NCBI GenBank assembly: GCA_918797485.1
Contig: CAKKNE010000006.1
Span: forward strand, 2,294,001-2,358,000
Direction: 5' to 3'
Length of the DNA stretch: 64,000 nt
From: Pelagomonas calceolata
Taxonomy: Eukaryota
The first letter of the stretch is position 1. Each line of letters starts with the position of its first letter. Position numbers and translations under genes: made by a program. Positions 1 to 8,154 of the stretch are shown here, one piece after another. The notes under the pieces are model-generated. The model did no database searches, had not been told where the DNA came from, and saw only the letters and a program-made list of their open reading frames with translations.

Positions 1-185
1 CGCAAGTACTGCTCCGCTGCGGTTCGCGGCGCCCCCTGTGAGCTCCGCTGTGGACAATTTGGCCCAGCAATTATGGTCGACTCCAAGACTCCAAAGTCGA
101 CCCGAATTGCTAGTGCCTTACATACCGCTAACTCATTTTTTCGAGCAGTTTCGAGCCCGCAGGGCCATTGGCAGCATAGAGAGCA

Positions 186-1730
186 ATGAGAGCGCTACTT
201 ACATTCGCATTGCTGGCCTGCAGCGCGCGGGCCGGCTGGTTCAGCCGCGGTGGCACTGAAAAGCCAGATACCAAAAAAGCAGCCCCAGCAACACCAGCCG
301 CGCCCGACGCCGCCGAGAAAAAGACAAAGGCGCCGCCGCCGCCGCCCGTCGAAGAGCTGGCCGCCGCCGAAAGGGACCACACCTGCGCCGCCGGCCTCGT
401 GTTCGATGTCTACGCGAACGGCGCGTCTGAAAATCCGGTCAGAGTAGAAATGTCCGGCGGCCAGTGCGAGACGGTAGCGGCCTTCGAAGCTGCCGTGTCG
501 AGAGCGGTTTGTGAAGATACGGCGGCCTGTCATGTGCGAGACGGCGCCGGGAGAAGAGTACGGCGCTGCTCCGAACTCTCGAGAAACAGCGCCGAGGCGG
601 GCGTCCAGCCTGGATTAATCCCGCGGGCCTACGGTGTCAGGAGAGACATGCGCTGGGTCTTTCCGACGGAGGAGGTTGGTTATAAACGATACTTACCCCA
701 CCTGCAGATCACGTTAACGACGCTCGCGGAGGAGCCTCGACTTTTCGCCCTCGACAACTTCCTGACCGAAGAGGACGCGTCGCAGCTCATCGAAGACGCC
801 CTAGCTATTTCTGATGATGAGCACAAGCTGACACGGAGTAGTGTGGGCGCCAAGGGCTACACGGTGTCCTCCACGAGAACGTCGGAGAATGCTTGGGTCA
901 AAGATACAAAAACGGCCATGCGCATGAAACGTCGAGCGTTTGAATTACTGGGCTTCGACCATTACGACGAGCGCATGGCCGACGGGCTGCAAGTTCTCAG
1001 ATATAACAACACGAATGGCTATGCGGCGCACAAGGACTACTTAGATAGGCCGCGAGGTTTGTCGAGGGAAGCGATGGAGCCGTCCCTGGGTGGTGCTAAT
1101 AGACTCGCGACGGTGTTCTTGTACTTATCCGACGTGCAACACGGCGGCCAGACGGTCTTTCCTCACGCGCCGCGGCCTTCGATTGCATCATCATTACCAG
1201 CTTTGGAGTCCAGACCGTTAGATGACGAGGTCATTGGACTGAGAGACGCTATAGTATCAAAAGATGAATACACGTGGGAGCCCCGTTTGATCGATGAGTG
1301 CTATACCAAATTAGCAGCAGCCCCGAAGAAAGGTCGCGCGATCCTCTTCTACAGCCAACATCCGGATGGTACGTTGGACAACATGGCGACGCACGGCGGC
1401 TGCCCCGTCCTCGAGGGCACGAAGTGGGCGTCGAATCTGTGGATCTGGAACAAGGCGATGCCCTTTGGTTCTTCTCGGTTCCAGTCAAAGGACGACGATT
1501 CAGGAGATAGCTCAGGCGTCGACGTCGAGGTCTCTACTACTGGTGTCAGTGCCGAAGTGTTCTGGGTTGGTGGCGGCGGCGAGGAGGCGCCCATGGGGAC
1601 GGTCTCACAGGGAGACAACCTGCGGCTGAACTCGTTCGTGGGACACTCGTTCGTGGCGCGGCGGAATGGCGCGGAAGTTTCTAGGTATACGGTCGCGCGG
1701 GGGGCGCAGGCGTGGGCCGTGCCTCCGTAA
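186..1730 (+). CDS. Secreted prolyl 4-hydroxylase (2OG-Fe(II) dioxygenase) with C-terminal VHL-beta-like domain
   Basis: Signal peptide MRALLTFALLACSARA; PRLFALDNFL, RTSENAW, LQVLRY..HKD (HxD), NRLATVFLYLSDV..GGQTVFP, HGGCPVLEGTKW are typical P4H motifs. Confidence 0.9.
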   Translation: MRALLTFALLACSARAGWFSRGGTEKPDTKKAAPATPAAPDAAEKKTKAPPPPPVEELAAAERDHTCAAGLVFDVYANGASENPVRVEMSGGQCETVAAFEAAVSRAVCEDTAACHVRDGAGRRVRRCSELSRNSAEAGVQPGLIPRAYGVRRDMRWVFPTEEVGYKRYLPHLQITLTTLAEEPRLFALDNFLTEEDASQLIEDALAISDDEHKLTRSSVGAKGYTVSSTRTSENAWVKDTKTAMRMKRRAFELLGFDHYDERMADGLQVLRYNNTNGYAAHKDYLDRPRGLSREAMEPSLGGANRLATVFLYLSDVQHGGQTVFPHAPRPSIASSLPALESRPLDDEVIGLRDAIVSKDEYTWEPRLIDECYTKLAAAPKKGRAILFYSQHPDGTLDNMATHGGCPVLEGTKWASNLWIWNKAMPFGSSRFQSKDDDSGDSSGVDVEVSTTGVSAEVFWVGGGGEEAPMGTVSQGDNLRLNSFVGHSFVARRNGAEVSRYTVARGAQAWAVPP

Positions 1731-1836
1731 GTTTATCGTGTGGTTAGCTTGCCTTTGGGGCCGCGTCGGCGGCTTCTTGCGGACGGCTATTCACGCAGTT
1801 TTAAGGCTCAGGCTCAGTTCGTCGCGTATTTAAATA

Positions 1837-1858
1837 CTAGTGTGTTACTGGTCGCTAG
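1837..1858 (-). promoter_or_regulatory. CTAGCG-N10-CACTAG motif copy
   Basis: Reverse complement CTAGCGACCAGTAACACACTAG, upstream of the gene at 2028. Confidence 0.55.
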
Positions 1859-2027
1859 ATAACTCCGGCTCGAGGAGGTCAAAAGGCACAATCTCCCGCT
1901 CGCAGCTCTATCGCCTTTGCGTCAACTGAACACGTGCGCTGCTTCAGCGGCGCCTGAGAATTAGCCCTCGCCGCGCGGCCTTTGCGCGGATAATTGCGAC
2001 AAACAGGGTGACCAGGCCGTCTGCCCA

Positions 2028-2762
2028 ATGTTTGGGCCGCTACCTCACGACACAGGCGCAGTATATCAAGCTTGTTACAGGCTCGATGTTGACGCGCTGC
2101 GGCGCGCGTTGGCGAACTTGACGGCCGAAGCCGACCTATCATTCCGCCGGTTGGGGACCGCAGGCCATGTCGGTTTCACCCCACTCCATATTATCGTCGA
2201 TCGCAGTGATAACGCGGAGATGGTTTCAATGTTGTTAAAAGCAGGGCACGACATCAATGCTCGCACTAACACTGATGGCCCGACAGCCCTTCACATAGCA
2301 GTAGGCCACGGCAGAGTAGATTGTGTCGCGGCCTTGCTCGCCGCCGGGGCGTCAGTCACCATAAAATATGATGGATTGGAGCCCATCGATGAAGTGACAA
2401 ATAATAACTGCCGGCGGATTGTCCCCATGCTTCGTCGGGCCAGCTCCGATGGGGTCTATTTGGACCAACAGCGACCAGGCACTTCTGATCCGAGGTTCTG
2501 GTTTCATGATTGGGACGGGCGGCCGTATCACGAGGAAAACTATCAAATTCTCTCGACTTACTTCATGAAGATTTTTATGTCGAACTCAGGGTCGAAGATA
2601 TTTTTGTCAGGCCCAGCGGGTCATGGTCCGGGGACCTTCGCGACCTACGAGAAGGCCCACCGCGCGCGCCTCACCAAGACCTTCGTGCCCAAATTCCCGC
2701 AACTCCCGCCGGACGTCATCCCGACGATCGTCGCGTTCGCCTTCCACACGGGCTGGTACTAA
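2028..2762 (+). CDS. Ankyrin-repeat protein
   Basis: GFTPLH...LLKAGHDINA and GPTALHIAVGHGRVDCVAALLAAGA ankyrin repeats. Confidence 0.85.
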   Translation: MFGPLPHDTGAVYQACYRLDVDALRRALANLTAEADLSFRRLGTAGHVGFTPLHIIVDRSDNAEMVSMLLKAGHDINARTNTDGPTALHIAVGHGRVDCVAALLAAGASVTIKYDGLEPIDEVTNNNCRRIVPMLRRASSDGVYLDQQRPGTSDPRFWFHDWDGRPYHEENYQILSTYFMKIFMSNSGSKIFLSGPAGHGPGTFATYEKAHRARLTKTFVPKFPQLPPDVIPTIVAFAFHTGWY

Positions 2763-2769
2763 CTCACAC

Positions 2770-3906
2770 TTAATCGTTATCGTAGCACGCGTGGTAGAGC
2801 CGCGCGACGTCGGCCTCGGACGGCACGAGCGGGTTGTTCGCCGGCGACCCCGACGCGAGCGCGTCCCGCGCCATGCCGGGCACGGCGTCCCTAAACATAC
2901 GCTCGTCGACGCCGCGTTCTAGCAAAGCGTCGCGGAGCGACGGCACGCCCAGGGAGGATGCGAGATCATGAAGCGCGGTCGGCAGGTCGCCGTCGAGCCC
3001 GAGCGCCTCACTACATTGCGCGTACCGCTCGCGAGCACCCTCCAGGGAATAGGCCGTGACCGCGGGCATGAGCACGGCGTTCGACCGGCCGTGCGCTAAA
3101 TGAAAACGCGCGCCGAGCGGCCGCGACATGCCATGAATCAGCGTCACGGACGACACGGAGAAGGACACACCGGCCAGAAACGCCGCGCGCGCCATGCCGT
3201 CCCTTCCTTCTGCCTCGTCGTCGACCGCGCTCCGCAGGTGGCGGCCGATGCCTTGTAAAGCGTCGAGCGCGAAGCCGTCCGCGAGCGGTGAGCTCTTTTT
3301 AGATACAAAGGCCTCCATGGCGTGGCAGAGCGCATCCACACCAACGTCCGCCGTCAGTGCTTTGGGAGAACCGTCCGCGAGGGCCCCGTCGACAATACAA
3401 GCTGCTGGGACGAACGCCGCCCCGGCGCACAGCATCTTCTCGCCACTCTCGGAGTCCGTGACGACGGCGTAGCGCGTCACCTCCGCGCCCGTGCCCGCCG
3501 TCGTCGGCACGGCGACCATCGGTAGCGTTGGTGGCGTATCCGTCAGGACGGGAGCCTTGTAGTCGCGGCATTTTCCGCCGTTTTCGGAAAGCACGACGGC
3601 CAGCTTCGCCGCGTCTAAGGGACTGCCGCCCCCTATGGCTAAAACGCCGTCCGCGCCGGAGCTCGACAGGGCCGCGGCCATCGCGTCGACGCGATCCGAC
3701 GTCGGCTCGTCAACCTCGTCGGCGTAGACCTCTCCACTTAACTCATTACTGTCTAGGACGCTTCTGGTCAATGCTTCGAGGTTCTTGTCCGTGACCACGA
3801 AGGGTTTTGAGACGTTGCACTGCTGCAGCACGCTTCGGAGCTGCGTTTTTGCTGCGCCGCGGCCTAGAGCGACGATGCGCGGAAAAAAAGCCGTGGCGCT
3901 CGCCAT
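2770..3906 (-). CDS. Iron-containing alcohol dehydrogenase
   Basis: AIGGGSPLDAAK, AVPTTAGTGAEVT, DALCHAMEA, IHGMS...HLAHGRSNA; likely ATG at 3906 (MASATAFF). Confidence 0.92.
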   Translation of the reverse strand: MASATAFFPRIVALGRGAAKTQLRSVLQQCNVSKPFVVTDKNLEALTRSVLDSNELSGEVYADEVDEPTSDRVDAMAAALSSSGADGVLAIGGGSPLDAAKLAVVLSENGGKCRDYKAPVLTDTPPTLPMVAVPTTAGTGAEVTRYAVVTDSESGEKMLCAGAAFVPAACIVDGALADGSPKALTADVGVDALCHAMEAFVSKKSSPLADGFALDALQGIGRHLRSAVDDEAEGRDGMARAAFLAGVSFSVSSVTLIHGMSRPLGARFHLAHGRSNAVLMPAVTAYSLEGARERYAQCSEALGLDGDLPTALHDLASSLGVPSLRDALLERGVDERMFRDAVPGMARDALASGSPANNPLVPSEADVARLYHACYDND

Positions 3907-4133
3907 GCGTGCACTTGCAGCGGTGCGAGCCGCGGAATTGCAGCTATGCGGGCTGTGGCACGGCTGCAGCGGCAGAGCTTGGTGAGTGCACTGCACAGCG
4001 CGCACAGCCGTCGAGTTGGACGGCACCGGTCGCACAGCACTGGTGCCAGAGTCCGGGAGGTCAGACGGCAGGCTTCAATGCCGCACTCAGCTTGCGGTGG
4101 GGCCTGCATCGACGCCGTAGTTTGTGTGTGCTT

Positions 4134-4154
4134 CTAGTGTCTTACGGCCGCTAG
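4134..4154 (-). promoter_or_regulatory. CTAGCG-N9-CACTAG motif copy
   Basis: Reverse complement CTAGCGGCCGTAAGACACTAG, between divergent genes. Confidence 0.6.
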
Positions 4155-4296
4155 GGGAATTTTTCTGATCTGTGTTTAGATCGACTCCGTGGAGAGCCGA
4201 CCGGTGGAAAGAGCTTCCACGGACGACGCGCGTGCGGGAGAGCCAAGGAGCAGCTTTGCAGGCAAGAGGCTGGGTTTGCGGGCGAGGAGCGTAATT

Positions 4297-5502
4297 ATGG
4301 CAGCGCTAGCGGAGACCCCAGCACCCCCGACGACGACTACGATCACAGATGTTACCGCGCGAGCAACAAACGCGGCTGCAACCGTCCCTCCGGCGACGGT
4401 AGCACCTGCAACCCAACCCAAAGCAGGCCCGAGCGGCGCGACGCCCCCTTCCGCGACCGCACCCGGGCCGGCACGACCGCCCGCGCCGCCCCCGACCGCG
4501 GGCCCGTCCAGGGGCGCCGCGAGCCCCCGCGCGGCGGGCACCTCGAGACCCGGCCGCGCGCAGACGCCCTGCGTCTTCTTCGCCAAGGGGAGCTGTCGGA
4601 ACGGCGCCCACTGCCCCTTCGCCCACATTAAGGCGGAGGAGCTACCGGACGTGTCCAAGCTAGAAGTCAAAGAGGAACCACAAGCGCCGGACTCGCCGCC
4701 GAGGCGGCCGTCCGGCGTCGCCATCTGCCGCTTCTTCGCGCAAGGGCTGTGTCGGAACGGCGCGAACTGCCGCTTTTCCCACGGCGAGACGAAACAAACA
4801 GCCACGGGCCCGGCCCTATCGGCCGAGACCTCATTACTGCTAAGACGGTTAGAAACGGGAGAACTACCGATGTACGCCCTGGATGTCGAATGTGTGGCCA
4901 CGGGCAAGACCCATAATGATAGGGCAGTGGCGCAGATCGGTCTCGTCGACGCGTACGGGCGGTGCGTCCTGAACGTTTATGTGAAGCCGAAAAAAGAAGT
5001 GGTTTCCTACTTGACACCATTGACTGGATTGACGGCGGCGTTGATCGATGAACGAGGAGTCCCGCTCGAGGAGGCGATTCGGGTCCTACGATCGCGACTA
5101 CCCTCATCAGCGGCATTGGTGGGTACAAATATCGGCCAGGACGCGAAATGGCTCGGACTCACGGCGCCGGGCGACTGCGCGTTGCTCGTGGACCTGGCGG
5201 CGTTGTTCCGAGCGTGGGACGGAAGTAGATACGTCTACTTCAGCCAAGACCACTGCGCCAAAGTGTGGCTCGGCGCCGTGCGGCCGCCGAACGTCGCCCA
5301 CGACGCCGTCGGGGATGCGGCGGTGTCCATGGCTCTCCTGGGTTGTTATATGAGGATGCCCGATTCCGCGAAAGCCCAATGTCATGCGCGAGCCTTGGCG
5401 ACGCCGCGCGATCCCTCGTTTGCTGTCAAGCATCCCTCGTTCGAGGGCGTGTGCCAAGGGAATCGGCGGCTTTGTACTTGTGGCGCGCCGCACTTCTCGT
5501 GA
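4297..5502 (+). CDS. Two CCCH zinc fingers plus REX4-like DEDDh RNA exonuclease
   Basis: CVFFAKGSCRNGAHCPFAH and CRFFAQGLCRNGANCRFSH; ALDVECV (ExoI), LVGTNIGQD, AHDAVGDA (ExoIII); ATG at 4297. Confidence 0.88.
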   Translation: MAALAETPAPPTTTTITDVTARATNAAATVPPATVAPATQPKAGPSGATPPSATAPGPARPPAPPPTAGPSRGAASPRAAGTSRPGRAQTPCVFFAKGSCRNGAHCPFAHIKAEELPDVSKLEVKEEPQAPDSPPRRPSGVAICRFFAQGLCRNGANCRFSHGETKQTATGPALSAETSLLLRRLETGELPMYALDVECVATGKTHNDRAVAQIGLVDAYGRCVLNVYVKPKKEVVSYLTPLTGLTAALIDERGVPLEEAIRVLRSRLPSSAALVGTNIGQDAKWLGLTAPGDCALLVDLAALFRAWDGSRYVYFSQDHCAKVWLGAVRPPNVAHDAVGDAAVSMALLGCYMRMPDSAKAQCHARALATPRDPSFAVKHPSFEGVCQGNRRLCTCGAPHFS

Positions 5503-5523
5503 GGTGTCGCGTCGATAGCGCCG

Positions 5524-5650
5524 CCACGCCATCGAGCAGTGCCGCGTCGATGGCGTCGAGCAGTGCCGCGTCGACGTGGAACGCCCTCCACGCTCAGGCG
5601 ACGGCGCGAGGACGAGATGTCGCACCGCCGCCACGCCACCGAGCAGACGC
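5524..5650. repeat. Cluster of introner-core-like CACGCCAYCGAGCAG motifs with a short tandem duplication
   Basis: ccacgccatcgagcagtgccgcgtcgatggcgt hairpin; cgagcagtgccgcgtcga occurs twice; ccacgccaccgagcag at about 5631. Confidence 0.55.
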
Positions 5651-5945
5651 GGCGCACCGAAAAAAAAAAACGTATTCGTTCGACCTCTTGGAGGAATACA
5701 CTAGAAAAACCGACGGCCGGCGACGCCCCATGCCGCAACAGATATGGAAAGGCCCGGAGATAAAAATAACTGACGCCCCGCCGCGGAGATTAACGTCCGC
5801 CGCGGGCGCGCACGACGCCTGGGAGACGGCGCGCCCTTTACGCCACGACTAACTTACTGGCGGCTAGTCCTAGTCTACGCCCAGATGCCATGGCATGCTT
5901 CCATATACAACGTCTCTTACCAGAGGTCAGGGCGCGGCGGGCGTC

Positions 5946-6824
5946 TCACAACTGCAGCGCAGCCATCGGCGACGGCGGGGAGAAGTCCCGGAGCGACTTC
6001 CGGGACGGCGTCCGCTGCGCCTGGGCGAAGCCGTCGCTCGACGCGATGACGACGAGTAGCGCTCTGATTGGATCGGCCTCCCCCGCAACCCTCCCAGTAC
6101 CGTGGGCCAGGCCGACGCGCGCGAGGGCCAGACAAAAGTCCTCGAAGTCCAACTCCTCCTTCGGCCCGAGCACCGCAATCACCTCGTCGACGTCGTCCGT
6201 GAGCGTCGGCACGAGCGCGCAGTCGACGGCCATAAGCCCGAACGAGTACTGGTTCATCAGGCCCTGGTCGCCGTAGGCGTCGAAGAGGCGCTGGATCTTG
6301 CGGCCGACCTGAGCGATCCGCGCGGCGGCGGCCGCCTCCTCGCGGTTCTCGGCGGGCGACGCGATGCGGTTGAAGCCGCGGTCCGCGGCGCGGTCCCGCA
6401 GCGGCGTCGACGGCGTCGCCGGCGCCGACCACGTCACGATCGCTCGGGGCGGCGTGACCGGCGTCGTCGGCGAGCGGTCGCCCTCGGCTGGACGGTACTC
6501 GATGGCCTTCGTGGGCCGCTCGAGGGAGATCCGGCGTGGCCGCCGCCACCGTCGAAACGCGCTCCGGCGCCAGCTCTTGAGCATCGTCGACGCGAGGACG
6601 ACGCATGCGAGGCGCTGGCCGCGCGCCGACGCCGCCGCGGCCCGCGCCAGGATTTGTGACGAGAGGCGCTCGGCCGCCGCCGCGCGCGACGCCTCTAGAT
6701 TGAGACGCCAGCGCATGAAAGCCCGAGTCCGCGCCTTCGTTCTGTTTGCGCGGAGGCGGCTCACGAAATTCACCAGGGCCGAGAGCTGGCGCTTCTTCGA
6801 CATAGTTTTTTTAGAGGATGGCAT
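5946..6824 (-). CDS. Hypothetical protein, possibly with degenerate EF-hand-like helices
   Basis: About 290-aa ORF with a globular-looking C-terminus (QRLFDAY...LDFEDFCLAL); start uncertain. Confidence 0.55.
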   Translation of the reverse strand: MPSSKKTMSKKRQLSALVNFVSRLRANRTKARTRAFMRWRLNLEASRAAAAERLSSQILARAAAASARGQRLACVVLASTMLKSWRRSAFRRWRRPRRISLERPTKAIEYRPAEGDRSPTTPVTPPRAIVTWSAPATPSTPLRDRAADRGFNRIASPAENREEAAAAARIAQVGRKIQRLFDAYGDQGLMNQYSFGLMAVDCALVPTLTDDVDEVIAVLGPKEELDFEDFCLALARVGLAHGTGRVAGEADPIRALLVVIASSDGFAQAQRTPSRKSLRDFSPPSPMAALQL

Positions 6825-6989
6825 TTTTTTAGGCCTCACTGTTTTTCAATGTTTTACTAGTCTAACGATGAGATTCGAGTTCCGAGCCGACCCGTGCGAC
6901 ACACACGGAGATAGAGACAAGGCGTAGAAGCGCACAACCCCGATGAAACAGGTGCAGACCCCCCAGTTTGCCGGGACTTTTGCCGGCGC

Positions 6990-7012
6990 CTAGCGGCCTG
7001 TAGAGACACTAG
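6990..7012 (+). promoter_or_regulatory. CTAGCG-N11-CACTAG motif copy
   Basis: CTAGCGGCCTGTAGAGACACTAG, between divergent genes. Confidence 0.6.
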
Positions 7013-7135
7013 CAAGCCGCCCCAGGAGAGGCTCGGCTTTTTCGGCTTAAAGACGCTGCCCCCCCACGCCGCCGCCGCGACGCGCGGGCACGACGCCACC
7101 GCACCGATTCCACCGTCGGCCACCGCCCGAGAAAA

Positions 7136-7921
7136 ATGGCGGAGCAGCGCAACGTCTCCTACGACGACACGAGCAGCGGATGCATGACTTTGTTGGACGG
7201 CGACGGCGACCAGACGTCCTGGCTCGGCTGCGTGATGGGCTGCATGGAGAGGCCGCCCGAGGACGAGAACGAGCGGAAGCCGTCGCAGGCCGCCGGGGAT
7301 TTGCTGGCGCGGGCCGAGACGGAGGAGCGGCGGGGCGCCTACGGGGCCGCGTCCGAGTTGTATAGGAGGGCTTTACGTTTAGATCCAGCGAACGCCACAG
7401 CCCACAACAACTTTGGCTACCTCTGCTCGACGCATACCCGTGATTTTGCCAATGCGGAATACCACTACAAACTGGCCATCGAATGCGCTCCGGACTATGC
7501 TTTAGCACATAACAATTTAGCTTACTTTCTGAAGAAGAACAAGCGCGACCTCGAGGGTGCCGAAAAACATTATCGCGAGGCGATTCGGTGCGACCCGCAC
7601 TATGCGTTTGCCCACTCGAATCTAGGGGTGCTGCTGAAGTCGAAGCGGGACTTCGAGGGGGCCGAGAGACATTACCTCGCTGCGGTTCGGGCAAATGCTC
7701 GCTACGCCCCGGCGTTCCTGAACTACTCTTTACTCCTGAAGAACTACGACGAGGCGGCGTCGCGCGATTATCTGGACGAGGCGATTCGCATCGATCCTGC
7801 TTTGGCGGAGACGGCGGCGGCGAAGTCGCTCGCGCGCGCGTTCGGGGACCGGCCGGCGCGGCCCGCCGGTTCGAGATTAGAGCACGTCGAGCGCCTGTCG
7901 TCGAAGGCGATGCTCCGCTGA
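7136..7921 (+). CDS. TPR-repeat protein
   Basis: Repeated AHNNLAYFL...AEKHYREAIRCDP units of about 34-35 aa. Confidence 0.9.
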   Translation: MAEQRNVSYDDTSSGCMTLLDGDGDQTSWLGCVMGCMERPPEDENERKPSQAAGDLLARAETEERRGAYGAASELYRRALRLDPANATAHNNFGYLCSTHTRDFANAEYHYKLAIECAPDYALAHNNLAYFLKKNKRDLEGAEKHYREAIRCDPHYAFAHSNLGVLLKSKRDFEGAERHYLAAVRANARYAPAFLNYSLLLKNYDEAASRDYLDEAIRIDPALAETAAAKSLARAFGDRPARPAGSRLEHVERLSSKAMLR

Positions 7922-8154
7922 TGTTTAGGGTAAGCTCCAGTGCTCACCACCTCCCACAGATCCGCCCCGTCCGCTCACTGCGTCCTTCGGTCGATGCGTC
8001 GCGGCGACGGCGTGCTGGAGGGGTAGATGTACGCCCGCCACGACGCCATCGCTGCGACGGACGCCATCGACGAAGCCGCAAACCTGGGACGAGACCTAGA
8101 CAATCCCGGCCTTACCCGAAGAAGACCGCGGAGTTGGGGAGAGGGGAAACACAG

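Noticed and set aside
2770..3906. Fe-ADH (and the YdhR-like gene) as recent bacterial transfers
   Set aside because: Composition matches neighbouring genes and the claim cannot be supported without phylogeny
5265..5852. 195-aa plus-strand ORF overlapping the exonuclease end
   Set aside because: Runs through the repeat cluster, has no recognisable domain and no convincing start
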